From Candidatus Latescibacterota bacterium (lineage in GTDB: Bacteria > Latescibacterota > UBA2968 > UBA8231): a stretch of DNA of 64,000 nucleotides. The stretch spans positions 2,336,001 through 2,400,000 of the forward strand of contig CBDCSU010000006.1 of assembly GCA_965221775.1 (NCBI GenBank). The letters run 5' to 3'. Shown here piece by piece: positions 48,050 to 57,092 of the stretch. Every line of letters starts with the position of its first letter. The stretch's first letter is position 1. A program made the translations under genes and the position numbers. The notes below the pieces were generated by a model that was given only the letters and a program-made list of their open reading frames with translations, did not search any database and was not told where the DNA came from.

Positions 48050-48262
48050 TCAGCAAGAAACCCGACGCCTGTCAGGGCTGGAATCCGCATCGAGGGTTCC
48101 TCGCTCCCGCCTCCTCCTTGCCCACGGTGTCTCCACGCCGTACTTCCGGCACAGCCGCCCGAAGCTGCGCAGGGTGATTCCGAGGGCCGCGCAAGCCTCC
48201 TTGCTGGTCGGGTAGATGCGGGCGGCTCGCTCAATGGTCGCCTTGTCGAATCCCCGATTCAT
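48050..48262 (-). CDS. Small Fis-like HTH protein (paralog of 38005-38241)
   Basis: 34 of the first 52 residues identical to the 38005-38241 product (counted by hand). Confidence 0.75.
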   Translation of the reverse strand: MNRGFDKATIERAARIYPTSKEACAALGITLRSFGRLCRKYGVETPWARRRRERGTLDADSSPDRRRVSC

Positions 48263-48370
48263 CAAGTTGTGGGGGAGTGCGGCCCGGACCCGGACGAGGG
48301 GCCTCCACCGGCTGGTCTCTCCAGCTCCGGGCGTGGATGGGCCGCACTCCCCTCCTCTGTCAACGCGCTG

Positions 48371-48899
48371 CTACCAACTGAACACCGCCAGCACCACGGG
48401 CGGGGTCAGGCGCAGTCTCCACCAGCCTTCGTCCAGCGTGTCCCGGTCGGGCTCGGAGGGATTGCTCTGCATCCACCATCGGGAGGCGGCGATCCCCTGG
48501 CGCACCCACAGGCTGACGCGCTCGTAGGGCTTCCAGGAGACGCCGGCGCCGATCGCGAACTCCCCGTTCCAGTGGCGGACAGTCGGGCCGTCGTCCGGGT
48601 CCTCCGCGGCCAGGGACCCTCCCCACCGGAGGAACCCGAAGGGGGCCACGTCATGGACCATGGTCCCCGAGGCGAACTGGTAGACGAGGTCGAGCCGTCC
48701 CTTCCATCCGTTTGAGTCCTCTTCCAGGTCGCTGTACCTCCACTGGATGTCGAGATCCATCTCGGCCCCCACGACGACTTCGGGGTGAAGACGTAGAAGG
48801 CCAGCGCGTCCTTCGGCAGGCGCAGGCCGAGTGCGTAGGACTGCGCGTCGGCCGCCGCGGCGGCGAGAAGGAGGGCCGCGCCCCGAGCGCGGCCCTCAC
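48371..48899 (-). pseudogene. Small outer-membrane barrel-like protein with two frameshifts
   Basis: Reads VRAALG / AALLLAAAAADAQSYALG...KSSWG / AEMDLDIQWRY...AGVSWKPYERVSLWVRQG...LAVFSW across three frames; shifts near 48880 and in the C-run at 48766-48770. Confidence 0.55.
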
Positions 48900-48904
48900 G
48901 ACGA

Positions 48905-49270
48905 TCAGGTCTTTCGTACGAACCAGCATTTGCGGAAGTAGTACTCACGATGGTAGCACCATTCGTCTCCCAGTCCCGGCGCTCGTAGGGCTCCGGGCGA
49001 CCGTACTTGATGTTGCAACGGCTCAGGACGGGCTCCTTCGCGCACCGGGCCGCCACCTTGGGCGAGACGTGCCACCTCTTCTTCTTCTCGCACTTCCTCA
49101 CCCAGACATCGCATCGGGTCTGATACTGGGGATGGGGGTAGGTCTCCAGACCGAAGGCTCTCGCCCGGACCAGGCCCTCCTCCTCGTCCTGGCCCCACAA
49201 GCTGTACGGCCAGGATGGCCCCCAGGGACACGACAACGGCGAAGATGAAAGAGCGTACGAGCGGGCGCAT
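48905..49270 (-). CDS. Small secreted Cys-rich basic protein (probably with two compensating frameshifts)
   Basis: Signal peptide and Cys/Trp/Tyr-rich end in one frame; Cys-rich middle in an adjacent frame. Confidence 0.5.
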   Translation of the reverse strand: MRPLVRSFIFAVVVSLGAILAVQLVGPGRGGGPGPGESLRSGDLPPSPVSDPMRCLGEEVREEEEVARLAQGGGPVREGARPEPLQHQVRSPGALRAPGLGDEWCYHREYYFRKCWFVRKT

Positions 49271-49416
49271 GGGTCACCTCGTCGAACGGACAGAGAACGT
49301 CCTTACGAAATCGCAATCCCAGGGGGTTCGGGTGCCGCGGGGGTCGCCCGGGGCTTCACGCCGCCGTTCCCCCGGCAGGCGCAGCGTGCTCACCGCTTCG
49401 GGTTTCCGGAGTGGCT

Positions 49417-52400
49417 TCATCGCAACAGTGTGAGCTTGCGCGTCTGCACGGCTTCGCTCGTCACCAGCCGGTACACGTAGACCCCGCTGGCCAGAGGCCG
49501 GCCCCGCTCGTCCCGGGCGTCCCAGTGCAGGCGGTGCAGGCCGGCTGGTGCCTGCCCCTCGTGCAAGACCGCCACCCGCTGGCCGGTCAGGGCGAACACC
49601 TCCAGGCGGGCCGGGCCCGCCTCCAACTGCAACCAGGAGATCACGGTCTGGCTGTTGAAGGGGTTGGGAGCATTCTGCTGCAGGCCGGGTCTCTCGGGCA
49701 GACCGATTCGCTCCCGGGCCAGAGCCATCAGCTTGGCCCGTGCCGGCTGGCCGAAGTGCTCGGCGAAGAGGAAGAAGTCGGCGAAGTCGACGGTGCCGCT
49801 GCCATCCAGGTCGAAGCGGGGGTCGCTGCCGCCGAAGGCCTCCGCGAGGAGGAAGAAGTCGCCAAAGCCGATCTCGCCGTCACCGTCGAAGTCAGGGGTG
49901 GCCTCGGCGGTGGCGGTGAAAAGCATGGGGTCCAGTCCCCCCACCGAGACCTCGACCGTGTTGGGTCCTGGCCTGCTGCCCAAGGTCAGGGCGGTTGCGG
50001 CCAAGCCCGCAGCATCCGTCGTCGTCGTCCCCGTGGTGAGGATGCCGCCGCCGGCGGTGACGGTGAAGGTGACCTGTGCGCCCCCCAACGGGTTCCCACT
50101 CTCGTCCCTTACTTCGACGACGAGGGAGTCGAGAAGGAGCGCACCGGGCTCGCCTCGCTGGCCGTCACCCGATACAATCCTCAAGGCTTGGGGCCGCGGG
50201 ATGAGGTCCCACAGCAGAACAGTGCCGTCGCCGGATCCGGCGGCGAGGGTGGTCCCATCGGGGGAAAAGGCCACCGAATTGACGGCTCTCGTGTGCCCCT
50301 TGAGGTGGCGAGGCCCCTCCTCCGGGACCTTCGTGTCCCACAACGCCACGTTGCCGTCCTGGAGTCCCGCGGCGAAGGCCCGCCCGCCGGGGGCGAAGGC
50401 CACCGAGTTGGCTCCTCCCGGGGTTGAGAGAGAGGCGATCTCCCGCCGGGTATCCACGTCCCACAGCTTGACCCACCAGCCATCCCAGGATCCGGTGGCG
50501 AGCGTGGAGCCATCGGAGGAGAAGGCCAACGCCGAGACTGGCGTTCCGTGCCGGACCGTGGCGATCTCCTGCCCGGCTGCAACATCCCGGAGTTGGGCGA
50601 GGTCTTCCATGCCGATGGCGAGGATGGCGCCATCGGGGGAGAAGGCCATGCTCCCTCCGTCCAACGAAGAGGTGAGTGTGGCGGTGCTCGGGCCTTGAGT
50701 CATGTCCCACAGCTCGATGGTCCTGTACCCCTCGAATGCAGCGAGGGCGGCGCCATCCGGCGAGAAGGCCAAAGACCGATACCCCCTCCAAGAAGATCCC
50801 AGGAGGGTGGCGATCGCCTGGTGCGCCGCAACATCCCAGAACACAATGTGGCTACCTCCGACGGCAAGGATGGAGCCATCGGGCGAGAAGGCCACCGAAT
50901 GGACATCGCGCCCACCCGGGCTCTCGAGGGTAGCCGGGTATCCGCCCGTTCTGATGTCCCACAGTTTGGTGGCGGTGCCCGAAGCGACAGCGAGAGTGGC
51001 TCCACCGGGCGAAAAGGCCACCGACTCGACGCTTGAGTCGTGCCCCTGAATCCGGGTGCCGCTCTCCGTCGGAATGTCCCAAACCCAGATGCCGTCCGGC
51101 GACATGGAGGCGAGGGTGCCGCCATCGGGGGAGAAGGCCACGGGGTGGGCCGGGGTGGAGTGCTCGAGGGTGGCGAGACTCTTCCCCGTGGCTACGTCCC
51201 ACAGCCCCACGGCCTGGTCTCTCCAGGATCCAGCGGCGAGAATGGCACCATCGGATGAGAAGGCCAGGGCACTGGTTTCTCCCGAGTGCCCCGGGAGCGT
51301 GGCGATGACCCGGCCCTGCGCCACGTCCCACAGCTTGACCGTACTCCAGGATCCGGTGGCCAGGGTCGTGCCGTCGGGCGACAGGGCCACGACGAGTATC
51401 TCTGTCCCATCGTCGAGAGCGGTGACGTCCAGAGTGGTGATCTCGGCCGCTGACTCCACATCCCACAGCCAGATAACGACGCGGTCCTGATACTCACCCA
51501 CCTCAAGGCCGGTCGCGGCGAGGATGGTGCCATCCGATGAAAATGCCACGGACTGGAACTCTCCATCAGCAGGAGGTCGCGCAGCTCGTGCCTCCCACAG
51601 TTCGACACCACTGGCCACGTCCCAAAGCTTGAGCTTGTTCTCGGATGCCGAACCGAGGACCGTGCCGTCCGGTGAGAAAGCCACAGATCGAACGGCTTCA
51701 TAGTGCCTGTAGAGGACAGTTCTCTCTTCTCGGCCACCCCACAAGGCAACCGCGCCGCCGTCCCGGAGACCGGCGGCCAGGGTGCCGTCGGGGGCGAAGG
51801 CCACGGCAGTGACCCATGGCCCGGGGAAGAGGTCGTGTTCGCGGGACCTGGCCACATCGTAGAGCCAGATACCGATGCTGGTGGCCAGGGCCAAGTGTTG
51901 ACCATCGGGCGAGAAGGAGACAGGACTCGAGAAAGCATCTGGGTTCCCCATCGTCCCTTTGCCCAGGCGGACCGTCGCCCGGGCCGGCAGACGCCACTTC
52001 CGAGGATCTCCATCCGCGACGCGGTGAAGGGAAGTGCCAACGGTGACGGCGTGGAATGTCACAGGACTGGCTTCAAGAGATGTCGCCTCGACGGTGACGG
52101 TCCCCGGGTTGCCGAGAGTAAGCCGGACCACCGCCCTGCCATCGGCATCGGTCTCCTTGCTCTCAACGGTGAACCTGCCATCGAGCCGGCCATCCCCTTC
52201 GGTGACGACAAAGGTGACGGGGGCCCCCGCAATCCCGTCTCCATACTGATCCCGTACCTCCACCACTAGGGCATTCTCGAGAGCGGCGCCGGGTGCGCCC
52301 TCTTGGCCGTCGCCCGAGATCTCCACCAGCTCGTGGGGACGGGGCTTCAGCCATTCGGAGCCATCCCACAGCTCGATCCCTCGCCCTATACCCGAGGCGA

Positions 52401-54299
52401 GGGTTTCGCCATCGGGGGAGAAGGCCACGACCCCGACCGAGCCCCGGTGCGCCAGGGAGTCGATCCGGACCCCTGTTCCCACGTCCCAGAGCTTGAGCAA
52501 GTCTCCAGAGGCGCAGGCGAGGGTGGCGCCATCGGGGGAGAAGGCCATCGCCGCTCCGCCTCGGGTGTTCTCGATGGTACGGAAACTGCGCCGGGTCTCG
52601 ACGTCCCAGAGCCTGACAAGGCCGTCCCATCCTGCCTGCGAGGCGAGGGTGGCACCATCGGGCGAAAGGCCACGGCACCGACCCAACCATCATGCGCTTC
52701 CAAGGTGACATTGGTTCCCGTCACCGGATCCCACAGGTTGACCGTGCCGTCTGATCCGGCGACGGCGAGCCTTGATCCATCGGGGGAGAAGGCTATGGAG
52801 GTTACCTTGGTGTCGTGCTCCAGGTCACGGATCGTGCTCTCTGTCGCCAGGTCCCAGAGTCTGACCGAGCGGTCACCGAACACGACGGCCAGAGTCTTTC
52901 CATCAGGTGGCGAGAAGGCGACAGACCGGTACCGGGTGTCCCCCGGTCGTCCTTCGAGGGTGGCGGTTTCGGTACCGGTGGCCAGTTCCCACAGCTTGGC
53001 CTCACCGTTGTGGCTGGTGGCCACGGTTTCTCCATCCGGCGAGATCGCCACCGCCCAGGCGCGAGGGGCGGGCCCCAGGCCGGCAATGACCTCCCGAGTC
53101 TCCCGATCCCACACTCTGATGAGGGAGTCACCCGCCGCCGAGGCCAGCGTGGCCCCGTCGGGCGAGAACGCCAGGGAGGTGACACCGGGTTGCTCAAGGG
53201 TGGCGACATGGAGTTCAGACGTCTGATACAGTCCGAAATACAGGCGCGTTGTCCTGCCGGAAATGTCCACGGCCCGGAACTGCATCCGGTGCACGATGGG
53301 ATTGGCAAGACTGGAGAGGTCCTTGGAAGGAATGACGCCGTCGTAGTCGAACTCAACGACCGCGGCAGGTTCTCCCGAGAAGGAGCGGCACGCCTTCACT
53401 TCAGGGCCGCCTGTGGCGAAGTGAGGCAACTGTGTCGTTGCGAAGAGGACGACTTGGTGAAGCCCTGGCGAGTTCCGAATCTTCAGCCGGATGGGAGTGC
53501 TCGTCGAACCGGCCGGATAGCCAGGAAGGGAAATCAGATCGACTGACGTTGGAGATGCTGGCCGAACTACCTCAATCCCCGGGTTGAAGAAGGGATGGAT
53601 GGTCAGGTACTCGGCGGCACAGGCAGACAGCCGGGCCCGGTCACCCCAACCGTAGGACATGATGTACTCGCTGTCTCTGAAGTCGTGCTCCAGGTCGAAG
53701 GCATGGCCCAGCTCATGGGCAACGGTTCTCCAGGAGAACCTGCTGGGGACGACCACCGTGGCGGCCACGGTGACACCGTCTTCCATACTCCTCCAAGTGA
53801 CAGCCCCGGCTCCTCCACCCCAGTAGGGCACCGTATTCGCACTGAGGTCGAGGACCACAAATAAGACCGGAGGCTGTCCCCCCATGGCTCGCCAGATCTC
53901 CCCCAGTGTCGAATGATCGAGATAGTGAGCGTCCGCCTGTTCGCCATCCACCCGGTGAACCAGGGGTTCGCCCTGGTCATCGGTCTCGAAGCGGAAGGTC
54001 AGATCTCCGTGCCCGTGCCGCTGCATCTCTGCCGCGAACCAAGTCTGGATTCGGAGGATTGCGGCCTTCATCGAATCGACCACCTCGGCGCGGAAGGGAC
54101 GGTCCTGCGGTCGGAAGTAGACCATCTGTACGGTGCGAGAGTCCTCGGCCGTCACCGCCACGGGTTTGCCGGCGGAGAGCAGGGAATCCTCCCACGAATG
54201 GATGACCCGGTAATGGGCTACCTCCTCCCGAATCTGCTGAGGAGTGGAGGCATGGGCGAGTACCGGAGCCAGGAGAAAGACGACAACAGGGAGTATCAT
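49417..54299 (-). pseudogene. Large secreted protein: metzincin-like peptidase, WD40 propellers, two Ig-like (Big_1) domains, EF-hand/dockerin-like repeat, FlgD/T9SS-type C-terminal domain; one frameshift near 52665
   Basis: HELGHAFDLEHD...IMSYG; many FSPDG repeats; ISGDGQ/VSGDGQ Ig starts; DFDGDGEIGFGDF; LQQNAPNPFNS. VAFSPDG is broken by loss of one base at 52665-52667. Confidence 0.82.
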
Positions 54300-54469
54300 C
54301 GGTGGCTCTCTCTCATCGAAGAAGCGTGATCTTGCTCTTTGACTCGGCGCCTCCGGGGGCTTTCGGCCAGGACTCCCGGAAGAGGGGAAGGGCTCGCGGG
54401 GGGAGGAAGGGCGGCCACGGAAACGGTATCTCCTGGCGCCTCGACGGCAAGGAGGGGGGCTGCTGGTAA

Positions 54470-54500
54470 GGATGGAGGATGGAGGATGGAGGATGGAGGA
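54470..54500 (+). repeat. Heptamer tandem repeat (GGATGGA)x4
   Basis: GGATGGAGGATGGAGGATGGAGGATGGAGGA in the divergent intergenic region. Confidence 0.85.
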
Positions 54501-54971
54501 CACGGCGCAACGGCCCCATCCGCGCGGAGTAGATGGCTCCCCCGGCGCTCGCCCCGGATGTGGCCCCCCTCGGCAGGGCGGAACCCGGTGACTGAGGCAG
54601 AACTCTACCGAGTCCCTTGGGACTCCACAAGGTCCCCGCCGTTACGGCTCACCGGGCCTGTCGGGGCGCCTGATTCCCCCCGATGGGGCTACGCGAGGCC
54701 CGAGGACGGTTGATCGCCCCCGGGGAAGAGGGCCGCGCGCGGACCTCGAACGCCAGACCGAGTCCCCGGGCGCTCCCGTGATTCACCAGACCGTCCGCCA
54801 GAGCAGCCCTCGATCCCGCAGCGGTCTTACTCGCCGGGTCTCTCCGGGGCCTCAGCCCGCCGTTCCCGGCGCTGCCTGCCGCCCCCAACTCCCTGGCCCC
54901 GGGCCTGTAGGGACAGTCGGGCGTCGACGAAGGAGTCGGCCCTCGGATCTCAGGGTCCCGGAGGTTCCCCC

Positions 54972-55000
54972 TTGATCTGGTCGTTCCGTTCTGGTACCAT
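54972..55000 (+). promoter_or_regulatory. Putative sigma70 promoter with extended -10
   Basis: TTGATC-17 nt-TACCAT with TG immediately before the -10. Confidence 0.55.
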
Positions 55001-55003
55001 GCT

Positions 55004-55149
55004 GTTTGCATCCGCTGTTCGCAGGTCGCCTCAGTGAGTCGGGTCACCTGCTGAATACCACAGCCGCAGTCACGGCAAGGGGGTAGCTCCCCCGCGCCAG
55101 GCAAATAGGTAGGACCTTCCCGCACAGCCTGCGAGGAGCGGATGCAAAC
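55004..55149 (+). ncRNA. Candidate structured leader or small RNA
   Basis: 13-bp stem (55004-55016 / 55137-55149) plus 7-bp stem (55019-55025 / 55128-55134) closing a multi-hairpin interior; begins at the predicted transcription start. Confidence 0.5.
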
Positions 55150-55206
55150 GGCCCGGCACCCTGCGGGGGGGCCGGGGTTGCCTCTCCTCCCCTTGCGGAG
55201 GTCCCA

Positions 55207-56481
55207 TTGCCCGCCCTCTCGAAGTACGGGTCGGCCGCTGTCCTTCTCACTCTCGGCTGCGCGACCGACCCCGCCCGCTCGCCCACCCACCCAACCGGAC
55301 CCAATCCCCCTCGTCGCCCCTTCACGGTGCCGGCGGACATGCGGACCTGGTTCGCCGAGCGCGGCGTCCAGCTGCCGGCCAGTCTGCCGCCGGTGCCGGC
55401 CGGCAAGGCCGCGGCGACCGCGCAAGAGCGCCTCCTCGGAGACGGCTCCCAGAACGGAGCGGTGAACTTCTACGATCTGGTCGGCCTCTGGAGCGCCTTG
55501 AGGGCTCCCGTGTGGCATGCGGACTGGTACGTGAGGCACTTCGACATGGACCTGCTCGACATCGACCGCAGCGGCGGCCGTCCCGACTGGTTCGACCTGG
55601 GCCTGCTCGGCGACTTCCTCTACGGCACCGGGGACAACCCCCACGGCATCGGGCTGCCGGTGGAGGAGAAGGAGCCGGAGTTCAAGGTGGAGGTTGTGTT
55701 CGTCGAGGGGGGCCGGTTCACGGCGAGCCAGAAGGCGCTGTTCCGACAGGCGGCCCGACGGTGGGAGGCCATCATCACCGAAGACGTGTCCGACGCGGAC
55801 TTCTCGTACTTCCCGTGGCGCAGCAGCAACATGCGAAGCTGGGGCGAGTTCTGGGGAAACAACCGTGGGGACATTTCCACGATCGACGACCTGATTGACG
55901 ATGTGCGGGTCTACGTCACCACGACCCCGGACGACGACTATGCCGGCCAAGCCGGCGCCTTTCTGCGACGCGGGCTATTCAACACGGGCTTGCCCCTTGC
56001 CGGCGCTGTTGCGATCAGCGAGAGCGCCCTCACCGAGGAGCGCGAGGCGAACGGCGCTCTGCTCGGGGTGTTCACTCATGAGATCGCCCACGTGCTCGGG
56101 TTCGGTTTGACTTGGGCTTGGCAACGCAATCTGGGGAGTTCATCTAACGACAACCCCACGGCCGACACGTACTTCCGTGGCTGGCGGGCTCGGCGAGCAT
56201 TCAACGATGCGGGCGGCCAGAACTACCGCGGGAACAAAGTCCCCGTGCAGCAGTGGGGCGACGACGGGCACTGGCGGGAGTCGGTGTTCGATGCGGAGCT
56301 GATGAGCCCTCACACCGAATGGGGCCGCGGCGAGCCGATCAGCCTCATCACGATCCAGGCGATGGCCGACCTCGGCTACACCGTCGACATGAGCCAGGCC
56401 GACGCCTACACCCTGCCGCCGGCCGGCAAGCCTGTAGGCCACGAACCCGGGTTGACGTGCCGGGTGAGGAGGCTGCCATGA
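55207..56481 (+). CDS. Leishmanolysin-like (M8) metallopeptidase lipoprotein with dockerin-like region
   Basis: Lipobox TLGC; GDGSQNGAVNFYDL / DIDRSGG; HEIAHVLGFG, GHWRESVFDAELMS, ITIQAMADLGY. Confidence 0.85.
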   Translation: MPALSKYGSAAVLLTLGCATDPARSPTHPTGPNPPRRPFTVPADMRTWFAERGVQLPASLPPVPAGKAAATAQERLLGDGSQNGAVNFYDLVGLWSALRAPVWHADWYVRHFDMDLLDIDRSGGRPDWFDLGLLGDFLYGTGDNPHGIGLPVEEKEPEFKVEVVFVEGGRFTASQKALFRQAARRWEAIITEDVSDADFSYFPWRSSNMRSWGEFWGNNRGDISTIDDLIDDVRVYVTTTPDDDYAGQAGAFLRRGLFNTGLPLAGAVAISESALTEEREANGALLGVFTHEIAHVLGFGLTWAWQRNLGSSSNDNPTADTYFRGWRARRAFNDAGGQNYRGNKVPVQQWGDDGHWRESVFDAELMSPHTEWGRGEPISLITIQAMADLGYTVDMSQADAYTLPPAGKPVGHEPGLTCRVRRLP

Positions 56482-57092
56482 GGGCCTTCCTGACAGCGCC
56501 AGCCCTCATCCTCTGCGCCTCGGCGGCCCTGGCCGGTCCCCACTTCTACGGAGGGCCCGTGTACCATGTGATGCCGGAGAGCGAATGGACGGAGTACTGG
56601 CGCGACCTCGACGTGGACCTAACCGGAGAACCCACCCTCGGAGTCATGGCCGGGATCGTCTTGCCGGGAGCCATCGACACTACCCGAGGCGTGCCCAGGA
56701 CCTACCGGGAGATCGGCGTCGCCCTCTACGGGCCAAGGGGTCGGGCGTTCGACGGTTATACCGGTACCGTCGCCGAAGCTCGGTACAGGGTCACTTCCCT
56801 GGAGGCCCTCTCCCATTGGGCCCTTCCTGGCCTGCGCTCCCCCATCACCCTCTTCATCGGCTTCGGCGTGGCATGGGTTGACGACCGAAGGCAGATAGGA
56901 GACCTGATCGTGGAAGACGGAATCTTTTCAACAACTGTCTCCGCCGGGTTGCGAGCCATGGACCTGCAGAGGCAGAAGCAGGGGAAGTGGAACTGGTTCT
57001 TCGACGTCCGCTACCGATTGCACCATCTGAGCTACGAGGCCCGCGGCTTCGATCTTGGCGGGGTCTTCGTCGGTTCCGGACTCATCTTCTGA
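56478..57092 (+). CDS. Small outer-membrane beta-barrel protein (OmpA/OmpW-like 8-strand type)
   Basis: ATGA overlap; signal peptide; FIGFGVAW, WFFDVRYR, terminal VGSGLIF. Confidence 0.72.
   Translation: MRAFLTAPALILCASAALAGPHFYGGPVYHVMPESEWTEYWRDLDVDLTGEPTLGVMAGIVLPGAIDTTRGVPRTYREIGVALYGPRGRAFDGYTGTVAEARYRVTSLEALSHWALPGLRSPITLFIGFGVAWVDDRRQIGDLIVEDGIFSTTVSAGLRAMDLQRQKQGKWNWFFDVRYRLHHLSYEARGFDLGGVFVGSGLIF

Noticed and set aside
55004-55149. Assignment to c-di-AMP or c-di-GMP riboswitch or 6S RNA
   Set aside because: Only GCTGAAT or GCAAA fragments match; the other conserved elements were not seen. Left as an unclassified structure.
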